64,000 nt of DNA. Source: Paragordius varius (taxonomy: Eukaryota > Animalia > Nematomorpha). Position numbers and translations under genes: made by a program. The stretch is from NCBI GenBank assembly GCA_964247055.1, contig OZ176051.1:13826001-13890000 (forward strand), read 5' to 3'. Of this stretch, positions 37,347 to 50,125 are shown piece after piece. Below the pieces are notes generated by a model. It was not told the DNA's origin, ran no database searches, and saw nothing but the letters and a program-made list of their open reading frames with translations. Every line of letters starts with the position of its first letter. Positions within the stretch are counted from its first letter, which is position 1.

Positions 37347-40125
37347 TTTTTATTGTATTGAGTTGAGCAACGTTGAAATAGGTACACAATTGACAGGATG
37401 TGTGGCAAAATGCGTGAATGAGTTTTGTGGTTCAAAAAAAATTATTTCCAAATAATTATTTGATTGTTTTGTTTAAAATTTACATTTTACTTTTCACAGA
37501 ATGGGGTAATTAGATTATCGAAAAAATAAAAAACCTTCCATTTTAATATAAGGTACATAAATAATATTTTTTGACAAAATTTATCAAACTAATTCGCGCA
37601 AGTGCGGTGTATTTTTTCTATGGTTATATTAAATTTGTATAAAATGCATTGGGCAAAGAACAAAAAAAAACGGTATGTTAGCAATCACAATAATTTATTA
37701 TGCTTTAAGTGATGTAAAAATTTGGCTTTATATTGACACTTTATTACCCATTGAAGTAGTTTTGTAGCCCACTGAAATTCAAATCTCTAATATTTTTAGA
37801 AGTATTCAGATTAGAACCTTATTTATAATATGCATTCTTGTATATACGGATTCAAAATTTTAAAAAAATGAATATTACAATCATCATATCAAACTTTTGC
37901 CGCACATTCTTTTACTTTATTAGCTTTAATTCGATAAAGAATTTTTAAAAAAGTAGATTAATCTAACATTTTAGCAGCATTTTTTTATAGCTAGCTCTTC
38001 TTTGTAAAGAAGTTAGATAAATATAAATATTTATTTCAATCAAAAGAACAATGTTGAGTAATTAAGTTTTATCCAAAATAACTTTGATAACAGGGATAAA
38101 AATCCCAAACCCACAAAAATATCAAAGAATATGATAGTTTTTGGTCAGATATAAAGGCAATAATTATTTTATATTTTTAACATCAAATTTAAATAATAGT
38201 GCAAAAAATATAGATATTTTTATATTCGGATAGATAAAAGCAATGGAAGTTTTATGGTGTTTCTCGTTTTGGGCCTTACGAACTATGCAATATTAACCTT
38301 TGTGGTAACTACAAATTGCAAAAAGCGCATAAATCAAATCCATTATGCTAAATAAAATTATCTTGGTGAAAGTTCAATGTTAAGACGTATTCTCATCGAT
38401 ATTATTTACAACAATATTTTACTATTTAGAGCAAATGGAAGATTTAAAAAATAGCCATTATAAAAAATATCTTTACACCATACTTTTTCTGGGTTTTGCA
38501 GACACTCTTTATTGATTCAGAGAATCGATATAAATCCCTATCTAAAGTTACCAATCATTGATTTTAAGCTTTTTTCTAAACCGATCCAGTGTTTTATTTA
38601 ATATCGTGCCTAAGCTGGAACGAATTCAAGGGATAAAACGATTGATCATTTATTGGAAAACTTTTAATATGACTATATACGATTCAATAAATGAGTTTTA
38701 CATGATATTTAGGGTGTATTTTTCATATAAAAAGATAGCAATAATACTTTAATATAAATAGGATCCATAACGAATTTATATGCTTTTATATGTATATGAC
38801 GAAACCTTCAATTTTTTATTTTTGTCAAAAGTGTGAGTTCAAAAAAGCTAGTTACAGAATTTAAAAACGGGCTCAGTCGCTTTCGGCGCAACTAAAACAG
38901 CTTATAAAATCATTATTAAAACTTAAAAGGTCAGTCACCGTCGGCACATCCAAACATATAAATTGTAGGTTTCTCGACAATGTGCTACATAACCTGTCAA
39001 AACAATTTTATTTTTACACGAGCGGTGATCTGAATGCAGCGAAAAAAAGCTTAATCACTCTCTTCGCATTTTAAAATATAATTACTACTTTAAAACTCGA
39101 ATGGATTTTCGGGTTTTCCAAAAAATTATGTTCATTACACTAAGCGGACTAAATTTAAAAACATATTCAAAAAAGACTCAGATCTTCATCGCAATCGTAT
39201 AACTTTAAAAATTATAATGAAGCTGGCGTCTACAAACCACTCTAAATGGTGTTTCAAAGCCAACAATTCAAAAAACTATTTTCATATCCAGGCGGAACTG
39301 CTGGGTTAGTTTAAAAAAAGTCTTAATCAGCGTCCTAACACATTTAAAATTATTGAATAGGAATCTACGTTTTTCGGAAACATGCTTTAAAACATTCTTT
39401 ATTTTTAAAAACACATATGGCGTGGCTAGACTTAGGGTTTAAATCAAAAAATGGCTTAGTCATCACCTTTGATGCATTGACATTAAGGTTTGTCAAAAAA
39501 TTACATTAATATTAACTTAAAATTTAATTTTCATACTGCCAAATTGAAGGGCTAATTTAAAAAATGGATCATGGTAAATGTCGGTATAAATGCAATTAGA
39601 AAAAACTACTATAACCTTCACTTGCATTTTTTTAAATAAAAGGCTAAGATTCGGCATTCACAAAACAATGAAAAAAGGTGCATTACAGAATGGGCCCATT
39701 CGTTTTTCGAAAACGTCGTTTAAATTGGGACTTATTTTAAAACCCGTTTTTGCAACATTAAATGGTGCTTTTAGATTTAGGACTTACGAGTGAGATAACA
39801 AAATTATTTGCACTTTTGTGGTAGTTGCCCGATATCGTTATATTGCATTAGCGGACATTAAAAATTTGAAAAAAATGCTGCATTTAAAAAATATTATAAT
39901 ATATGGTGAACTGTACTAGGTATAAAATATTATTATAAATTTTTAATTGTGGACTCCAAAAGTATTATGTTTTAACCGCCTCTGAAATGGGTTAGTTTTA
40001 TTAAAGTCAATTATGGCGAGATTTCGTGAAAAAAAAATTATTTGTGGTAGATTTTTGCATCAATAAAATATTTTTGCTAAAATACATACTTGAAAAATTT
40101 AATTTTAAGCAAGATTCTGATGGAA

Positions 40126-40420
40126 CTTCATGCTATTTTAAAGCATGATGGAAACGGAATATAAACGCTTTATTCTAAAAAAACCTTTTATATAATCCGA
40201 ATAGATGCTAACATTTCTATCAACTCATAATTTTTATGCAAAAAGTTAGTGTTTAAATTCATATCAGCTTTTTTTACTCATGACACAAATTAAACAAACG
40301 AACCTCTACATTAAAATTCCATGGTGTTTAAAATATTCAGCATCACCAATTTTTAGAAAAATTTTCTATAATATTGTCTTTAAGAATACTATTCCCATCA
40401 TGCATCAAAATAACATGAAG
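40126..40420. repeat. Decayed foldback/dispersed repeat
   Basis: 32-bp imperfect inverted repeat (40126-40157 vs 40389-40420); similar sequence at about 43500-43760, 50740-50810 and 58555-58620. Confidence 0.5.
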
Positions 40421-43400
40421 TATGGTTCAACAAAATTTTGGTAAAAATAATTTTGAACAATTTATGCATTTTTCGAAAAAAAAATTGCGCCATAAGCAAG
40501 AATAAAAATTTTATTGTTTAATCTAATTATTTATGTGTTTATATTTAGAGAAATAATCCATTTGATGGAAAGGCAAAAATTTGAGATTTTAGAATCTCAC
40601 ATCTAAAAATATTTGATAAAAATGTCGTTTAATCATAATTTTTGGAAAAGCATTGGCTTTCACAAAAAATTTTATTAATAATGTGTGCAAACTTGGGATT
40701 TTCGAAATAAAGCAAATACTAAAGTTCAATTTTTATTAATAAAATTCATGACTCAAAAATTAAAACTACCATGAGAATTCTGATACGTTTATGAATTAAA
40801 ATGTATATACCACACCAGGATACTTTTTTGTGTGCACTGTGTATGTAGATTTCCATTTTATTTTATTAAGATTGAAGCATTGAATAGAATCCACCCTTTT
40901 ATAGTAGTTTTTAAAAATTTCGGGTTAACCTGAGGCATTAGTATACCACGATTTGTATCGAAGTGTTGCTGTTAAAATTATGTTAGCATAAGACAGTAGT
41001 CATTTCCAATTAAAATTATAAGGCCAATTAAAAATATTTTAATGTGTGTATTATTCATTTATATTAAAATAATTAAATTCAAAATTAATTAAGGAGTTTT
41101 TATTTAACGAATAACAAAGACATTATTTTGTAAAATATTCTAAGCTTTAGTTTAATATACATCTGTGCTCTGCTAAAATTTTTGCTACCTTGAATTATAT
41201 AGGTCTGGTGGGAAAACTGCTGTAAATCCCCTATAATTATATAAGGGTGTATTCTCGAGAAAAATAATATCTTATTAAGCAACCAATTTTCAACAAAGCT
41301 TATCTCATTGGTCTATTTCCTATATTGGTCTCATAGTTTTGCGGAATAATCCTTCAGTGAATATTTTATGACATTTTCACACGGTCGGGATTAAACAGAG
41401 GCAAAGTATGGTTAAGACTTTTGCGGCGCTATATGAATAAAATAATTTTAATTTTAACTTATAGGCATCCTTTACGTTCCAATTGCTTTAAAATAAATAT
41501 TGTGAAAAATCGAGGCGGAACTCAGAGGGGGCTAATCCAAAAAGGGGGTAAGTTATCTTCGGTGCAAAGGTAAAGGAATTAGAAAATCATTATTGAAACT
41601 GAATGTGCCCACACGCTTTTCGGAATCGTGTTTTATAGCATACGATTGTACAAATTTAACATGCGCGTGGCGGAACTAAATTGATAATTAAAAAAATGAC
41701 ACAGGTCCCTTTGGCACATTCATAAAAAAATAAAAAATCACCACAATTGTATTTGAATGCGCCTGGTTTTCCGAAAAATTGATTCACGTTAATATTTTTT
41801 AAGGCGCCCATTTTCACAATAAGCAGATATTGAAGGGCTAATTCAAAACACGTTTGCCGCATTCGTGAAACAATTAAAAAAATGTTATTAAGGCTACATA
41901 TTTTTCGGAAACGACTTAAAAACTAATATTAGTTTTAAAAGTCCATTTTTACACGAAATACCTTTTTTGTATTTGAATGGGCCTAATAAATTCATGGTTT
42001 TTGAAATACTCAGCTAACAAAATTGAGCGGTCAAAAATCATTCACTAGAGGCAAGTTAAAACTATAAAGGCTTCCACCTAGAAAACTCTCTTCAGAATCT
42101 ATATTTTTAAAATTTCTTCTTAAGACAGGCAGATGGAACTGAGGGGTTAATTTGAAAAAAAAGGCTCAAGGCACTTTTTGATTAATTAATAATTATTATT
42201 GAATCTGAGCGGCTCACACGTTTTCGAATTCTTGATTCATAGCCAATTTGTTCAATAAAAAACACATTTTTCTCTTATATTTTCCAATACGTTTTTCGGA
42301 AACGTCTTTGAAATTTAAAATGTTACTGACTTTAAATTATTAAAACCCTATTTTTAAACGGGGTTAATAGTTTAAGTAGTCATAAAAAGTTCCAGTCACC
42401 GTCGGCGCATTATATTTAATAATATCCACTTTGGGATTTAGTGAGCTTCATATATTCCCCAAACAATTAAAGCCTAAACTTTTTATTTTTGATTAATTTT
42501 TTAGATATTTATATTCCGATAAATATGTGTATAATATTTTTACGTCTTATTCAATACTCTTTGGGGTATTTTTGTGCCACAAAGCGCTTTAATTGGAATT
42601 TCGGTCATATTCTACGATCTGGAATATTCTTGGGCTGGTCGATGGTGACGCAAAAAAGGCCCCCCAAAAAAGCATTGATTCGATATCTCAATTCAGACAC
42701 AAACCTTACTTTTTCCCAAATACTACAGAAATCACAGCATCGTCCGAAATGGAAAATGCTTATTAATCAGAAAGTAATTAATCTGTACGCGACTAGCTTC
42801 TAAGACATCATAAGTATTTAAGATTTTAGCCGAATACAAAAAATATGATTTCTTTAGCCTTTTAACATCAAACTTTTTGAACTATAAATTATATTCTACA
42901 GTAATTTTTGTGATTATAAATCAACTGTTTGTTTTAATAGGTTTTGGAGATATCTCTATGTAAATGAAAACTAGAATTAACTTAAGTCTTGTAACCTGAA
43001 TCCGGTCGACATTTGATAATTGAAAAACAAAACGATCCTAAAATTTTAGTTAACTACGAACTCGGTTATAAAACTTCCCAAGATTGTTTACCAATTAATT
43101 AATTAAAGGGTAAAAAGGTGAAGATAGTTTTTACCACTTTGTGGTTAATGTTGCATATCGTCTTATAATTTTAATGTTTTAAAATTTTTGAAACCAAAAA
43201 ACATATTTGATTTTGGTTTTTAAATGTAGCCCCGTGACTCAAAATTTTTTGTCCCCTTTGAAATAGGCTGTTTAAATAGTAAAAATACCAGATTGCACAG
43301 TAAAAATTTTATAGTAACGCATTAAATTTTTTAAGTAAAGTCTAGTTGCTATTTTAAAAATTATAATTAAATATATCATAAACTCTAATTTAAAACAATA

Positions 43401-44000
43401 TTTCTATAGAAGTTATTTTTAGATGTGAACTTCGTCAAGTGGGCTAGTCTCCCAAAATACGAAAAAAAGCCAAGATTTCGCCATTAAATTTTGTAATTTA
43501 TGCTAGATCATGGCATTCAAAACATATTTAAAAAATGCATACTTTAAAAACGTTTCACATATGTTGAGGCGTTGGAGGCAGATGGTAACGATAAAAGCGC
43601 TTTATTTCATAAAAATACTTTTTTTATATAATTGGAAGATGCTGAACGTTTCTTTCACATCAAAACTTGGATTAAATTATTCGTTGTTCTTCACATTTAT
43701 GTTCCTTAAGATTAAAACAAACGAACCATTAATTAATTCTATGGTTATCAGCATCATTATTATATAGAAATAATGTGTATATAATATCTAACTGCTTTAC
43801 CGTTTCCACACCTTGTTTCAAAATATTTTAAATCTCGCTTATTTTGTTAAAAATTTGATTTTTATTAAAAATACCCTATTTTTTGCGGAAACCTTTTTTG
43901 ATGTGTAAATTAAGCATATAAATAAAATTTTTATCTCACACTAGGCTTCATTTACCGATACAAAGATTTTAAATTTTTGTAACCCAATTCTAAAATCTAA

Positions 44001-46075
44001 TCTATATATTTATAAAAATGGAAAGTGGCGGCTTTGTGATCTGTTTCCGGAAAACTGGTAGACTCATTCAAATCTAAATGTCGAAAAATATAATCATTAA
44101 TCAATGTCCCGACAATATCATCACCCTTTTTTTGAATTAGGCCCCCAGTTCGGGCCCACCCCGTGTAAAAAACAGGTTTTTTTTGAAAACACATGTCCAC
44201 AAAACCGTGTCTTTGAGACAACTTTCTGGAAACGTATTTGACCGTTCGATTTCAAATATGATTTATTTTTACTTATTTTTGATTGCGCCAAACAAAGTCG
44301 TCTCGCTTTTTTAATTTAGGCCCTCTTTTTACCCCCCCCTCCCCCGTAAAATTCAACTTTTTTTCAAAAAAGCATACCGTAAAAATTCAAAAGGATTTCA
44401 GGTATTCCCTGTTGAAAGGCAAAAGTTTTAGTCAAGCGTTTCTTTGATGATAGCTGGTGGGTAAGGAGATACCCCCTAAAAACTGACCCGTATCGAAATA
44501 GCGTGTCTTTGGGGCTAAATTTCAGTTAACCTATCAGGCCATATGAGTATAATAGCTGCTTAAAATATTACCCGTAACAAGGCAAAAATTTAGATCGTGC
44601 GGTTTTTAAAATTAGCCGTTAATAAGGCCCTTCACGCCCTGAAAAATGCGCCACTATAGAATAATTTTTAAATTTTGAGGCAATTTTCCCAAAAACTAAT
44701 GAGAGCATATGGAATCAATCATAATTCCATGTATTCTCCGTAAAACGGCAAAAACTTTAATCAGTCGCTTTTTTGTATCAGGCTATGGGTAGGGAGCTAC
44801 CCGCCTAAAATTGCGCCGCCATATCAAAATTGCGTTGTTTAGGAGTTAATTTTCAGAAAACTTATCAGGCCATATAAGTTTTATAAGGGCCGGAATATTA
44901 CCCGTAAAAGGCAAAAATTTAAGTCGAGCGGTTTTTTAAATTAGTGGTTAAATAGGCAATGCGCTATCATTGAACTATTATTTAGTTTTGAAGCCATTCT
45001 TCCATAAACAATTAAGAACATATGGAATAATGATGATTCCAGGTATTCCCTTATAAGGCAAATTATCGAACTCTTTTTTATATTGGCCTCTGATTAGGGG
45101 ACTACCCGCGTAAAAATTGTCACTTTACCGATACAGCGTGCCTTTGGAGCCAAATTTTAGAAATCATATGAGACTATGTGAGTTCAATAAGGGCCTAAAA
45201 TATTTATTACCCCTTAAAAAACAAATATTTTAGGATATGAGGTTATTTAATGAGACGCTAAGTTAAGTTTTGCACCCTGAAAGATTCGCCGCCATAGAAC
45301 ATTTTTTTGGTTTGGAAGCAATATTTCCAAGAACTTATAGGAACATATGGACATTATAATTCCAGATATTCCTCATATAAAGACAATAATTTTGCCCGAC
45401 GCTTTTTTATACCTGCCTTGGGTAAGAAGCTCCCCGCCAAAAAGTGTGCCAGAAATTGCGTTGCTTTGGAACTAATTTTATGAAAACTTATGCCATATGA
45501 GCTCATTTAAAGTTCGAAATATTACCCGTAATTAGGTAAATATTAAGGTCAGGCCTTTTTTTATTAGCCGTTAATTTGGGGCCTTTATGCCATAAAAATA
45601 TGCCATCATATAATGATTATTTAGTGTTGAAATATTTTTTCGAATAACCCATGAAACGATGGTCTTAAAGATAATTCCAAATATTTTCCATGTAGAGGCA
45701 AAAAATTTAACTTAACGATTTTTCCATATAGGTCTATGGGTAGGGGTCTACCGGTTCAAAACTGAGAAGCCATACAAAAATGCCGTTTGGAGCTAATTTT
45801 AAAAAAACTTAAAAAGCCATATGAGTTCAATAAAGGCTTTAAATATTACCCATAAAAAGGTTAAAATTATAGTATAGCGGTTTTTTCCGTTAGCCGTCAA
45901 TTTGGAGCCTTTACACCAGTAAACAATATATTAGTATTCATAGCAATTGAATAATGTTTCGAAATAATCCACATATATGGATCATTTTATTAATCCCTTT
46001 TTTCAAATAGCCCCCCTCCCCCCATGAGTCCGAAGGACTTCCTAGGGTTGCATAGCAGCACAAGATTTACACTAG
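44001..46075 (+). mobile_element. Non-autonomous Helitron, longest copy (2075 bp), with ten ~160-bp internal repeats
   Basis: A|TCTATATATTTATAAAAATGG ... hairpins-ATTTACA-CTAG|T; no TSD; no Rep/helicase ORF. Confidence 0.88.
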
Positions 46076-46945
46076 TATTTTATAAAAATTAGCTTTTTAT
46101 ATGAAGTTTCTGATATATTATAGTGATTCATGTGAATAACTCTCATCAAAAAAGTTTTTTTAACAATATATGCGCAAATTTTGCCAAAGCCACCATCCAA
46201 ATCCTGATATGGTCTATCAAAAAAGATATATTCCATTAAAATAATTTTTGTGTGCACGTGTTTATTCAAGATTTTTATCACATAATTGATATATAGCGTT
46301 GTATCTAGTAGGACAAGAAGCCCATTTTCTAGACATAAAAAATTTGAGCATGCCAACTATTAATTAAAATAATTAAAAATTTAATTATACTATATATAGA
46401 CTCATTTTGACAATTCTTTGGGGTTTACCAAAAATTTATGTTCGATTTTCAAAATAGAGCAATTATTACGCAATTGTTAACGTTATTAAATTCCTCTAAC
46501 AGGGCCCAAAACCATACACAATGTCTATATCCTGCTGGTATACATATATCCTAATAAGAAAATAGATTATCTTGGCGCTTTTGGTTGTGGTCCTGCGAGA
46601 GATTTAAACATATTTACTTTTTATAGTAACTGCAGCGTAAAAGAAAATGACAAAATTTTGTTAAATAAAATTTTTTTGCGACATCTATATGCTTTCAATC
46701 AAAAATATCACTTGTATAAAATCATGTAAAAAGAAAAAATATTTATATAAAATTTTTAATTTAGAAGTCGTTTCCTAAAGTCTCAAATTCGGATTGTCCT
46801 AATTGAGCAATTTATAAAATAAAGGTAAAAGCGAGATTGCGGGAGTCTAAATATTTGGTAAATTTTGACATTTTCGAGTTTTTTGATTCAAATTGAGGTT
46901 TGAATCCCCATGTTTGTTTGAAATTATTTCAAAAATATTATTATA

Positions 46946-48158
46946 CTAGCGTAAATCTCGTGCTGCTACGCAGCCCGAGGAAGTCCTTAGGACTTCTGGA
47001 GGGCGGGGGGGTTATTTGTAAAAAGAGACAATAAAATGATCCACATATGTGGATTATTTAGAAACATTATTTAATAGCTATGATCTCATAGGACCACGGT
47101 GCATTCATACATTAATTATTTACTTGAAGGAAAAGATTTTAAAAAATATTTATACATTTGATAGAAACTCCTTACTCTACAGCTATCATCAAAGAAACGC
47201 TTGATTAAAATTTTTGCCTTTTAACAGGTAATACGAAAAAACCTTCTCGAATTTTTACAGTCTCATACCTTGGGCAAAAAAATACAATCAAAAAATTATT
47301 TTTGTGGACTTTGTTTTTTTTGAAAATAATGGCATTTTACGGGGGTAGCGGGTAAAAAGGGCTCAAATCAAAAAAGTGAGTAGACTATGTTCAGCGCGAT
47401 CAAAAATAAGTAACCAAAAATCATATTTAAAATTGAATGGTCCAACACGTTCTCCGAAAAATTGACTTAACCCATTTTTCACACGGGGTGGGCCCGAACT
47501 GGGGACCTAATTCCAAAAAAGGGCGAAGCTACGGTCGGGGCATTCATTAATGATTATATTTTTTCAATATTTGGATTTGATTGGGTTCACCGGTTTTCCG
47601 GAAACAGATCACAAAGTTACATGAGAAATCAGTTTTTAGCGGGTAGCTTCTTACCCAGCAGCTATCATCAAAGAAACGCCTGACTAAAATTTTTGTCTTT
47701 CAACAGGGAATACGTGGAATCCATATAGAATTTTTACGGTCTCATACCTAAGGCGAAAAATCGATTTAAAAAATTATTTTTGTGGACTTTGTTTTTTAAA
47801 AAAAATAGCATTTTACGGGGGGAGCGGGTAAAAAGAGGGCCTAAATCAAAAATGTGACTCGACTATGTTCAGCGCAATCGATAAGTAAACAAAAATCATA
47901 TTTGAAATAGAATGGACGAACACGTTCTCCGGAAAATTGTCTCAAAGACACGATTTTTGTGGACTTCTGTTTTTAAAAAAAACCGTTTTTCACACGGGAT
48001 GGGCTCGAACTGGGCGCCTATTTCAAAAAAAGGGCGAAGCTATTGTCGGAACATTCATTAATGATTATATTTTTTCGAAGTTTGGATTTGAATGGGTTTA
48101 CCGTTTTTCCTGTACCAGATCACAAAGCCAGCCTTTTCCATTTTTATAAATATATAGA
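46946..48158 (-). mobile_element. Non-autonomous Helitron (1213 bp) with duplicated 5' module
   Basis: TC...CTAG at an A|T site; intact double 3' hairpin; flanks rejoin into a decayed TTAA-MITE. Confidence 0.88.
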
Positions 48159-48485
48159 TTAAAACCAATGCAAAATTTTGCACTTATATAACATTAATGA
48201 TCTAAAATATAAAAAATTGATTACTCAAAAATACTTGATATTATTTATTCAGTGAAACCCAAAGGTAATAGTGAACGTGACATTTTGAAATACATATTAA
48301 CATAATGCAAAATAATTTGTCTGGGGTATTTAGATAATCCAATTCGAATCGAAGTGTTATATAAACTTTTTTGCAAAAACTGGAAATTTTCCCCAAACAT
48401 TTAATTCATAACAACTTTGTTGCTTTTGTTGAACCCAGTCTTACACTGCGTCCAAAATCGGAGGGTATTAAAAATACCATGATAA

Positions 48486-49131
48486 TCTATATATTTATAA
48501 AAATGGAAAATGCTGGCTTTGTGATCTGGCACAGGAAAACCGGTAGACCCATTCAAATCCAAACTTCGAAAAAGTATAATCATTAATGAATGCCCCGACA
48601 ATAGCTTCGCCCTTTTTTAAAATGGGCCCCCAGTTCGGGCCCACCCTGTGTGAAAAACGGTTTTTTTTGAAAACAGAAGTCCGAAAAATCGTGGAGACAA
48701 TTTACTGGAGAACGTGTCATTCTATTTCAAATATGATTTTTGTTTACTTATTTTCGATTGCGCCGAACATAGTCGAGTCACTTTTTGATTTAGGCCCTCT
48801 TTTTACCCGCTCCCCCTGTAAAATGCCATTTTTTTCAAAAAACAAAGTCCACAAAAATAATTTTTTAAATCGATTTTTCGCCCTAGGTATGAGACCGTAA
48901 AAATTCAATAAAGATTCCACGTATTCCCTGTTAAAAGGCAAAAATTTTAGTCCACCCTTTATTTGATGATAGCTGCTGGGTAAGGAGCTACCCGCTAAAA
49001 ACTGATTTTTCATATAACTTTGTGATCTGTTTCCGGAAAACCGGTAGACTTTTCAAATCCAAACTTCGAACCCCCCCCCAGAAGTCCAAAGGACTTCCTC
49101 GGGCTGCGTACCAGCACGAGATTTACACTAG
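48486..49131 (+). mobile_element. Non-autonomous Helitron (646 bp)
   Basis: A|TCTATATATTTATAAAAATGG ... GAAGTCC-AAA-GGACTTC then a second hairpin, ATTTACA CTAG|T. Confidence 0.88.
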
Positions 49132-49542
49132 TATATATATATACAGTATGCATTTTAATATATGTTAAGTAATTTTATTTCCTTTACGACAGAACCGAAT
49201 GGAGAAAGTTTTCCTACAAAATCGCTAATGGTCGATAACCGACTACAAGCTCAACAACAACAATTTTATTGCCAATCAAATAACAAAATGGTTTATCAAA
49301 TGAGTAAAATACTGATCCTCAAAATTATTTCGTAGTAGACATATGAAGGAGGATTGACGCGAGAATTAACATAAGCTTTAATTTGATGGATATTTTGTAA
49401 TGTTAAATTTTGAGAATATTATAGCAATTTAAATTAACATTTAAAATATTGTTGTTACGTATTAAGATGCGGAATTTTGTGGGTTTTTATCTTTAATAAA
49501 TTAATAAATAGTAAAATGGGTATTTTAAGATTGTTTATTTAA

Positions 49543-50125
49543 CACTTCGATTTAATTTGGGGTATCTAAATACCCCAGACCAAATTAGATTTAAAATTTT
49601 AAAAAAACTACTGAAGGAAACCGTCCTAATTTAATTTATGCTTCTATCCCAATAAAAATTATGTAAATAAGCTTAAATATCTAAATAAAGTTTAATTTTG
49701 AATAAAAAGTTCCATGTCAGACTACTTGGACGCCATTTTTATTTTTCAAATTTTTTGCAAAATATAGTGTTTATTTATTTTTCAAGGTATAGTAAAAACT
49801 ATTTATTTATTTAAATTACATCTAACATTGATATATATATAAAAAAAGTGGTTTATTTTGTATTATTTTTGAATTTAGCCAATGCACATATGTTACGTTG
49901 ACCAAATTTTTACCTTTCGGTTTTACCCTAAAATAAGTGATATCAAGTATTTTTCAATAGTGTTTTTTATGTATTCCGGTTTATAAATGTCATATAAGTG
50001 CAAAATTTTGCCATGGTTTATATTCCTTCCATATTTTTTAAATTATTTTATTTTAAACAGGCCTGGGGTATCCAACTACCCCAATTTGAATCGAAGGACT
50101 AAAATGAATGTGTTGTATCCAAGTG
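49543..50125 (-). mobile_element. TTAA-MITE copy
   Basis: Reverse complement of 15197-15768 with TTAA on both sides. Confidence 0.82.

Noticed and set aside
38500-43100. Possible ancient long inverted repeat or large decayed DNA transposon
   Set aside because: Only short patchy similarities (e.g. CAGTCACCGTCGGC at about 38932 and 42394); no termini or transposase motifs could be established by eye.
47937-49013. Recurrent short ORFs (MSQRHDFCGLL.., MNAPTIASPFF..) also at 4255, 12497-12801 and 43997
   Set aside because: They are reading frames through the non-coding Helitron 5' module, inconsistent between copies, with no Rep/helicase motifs.
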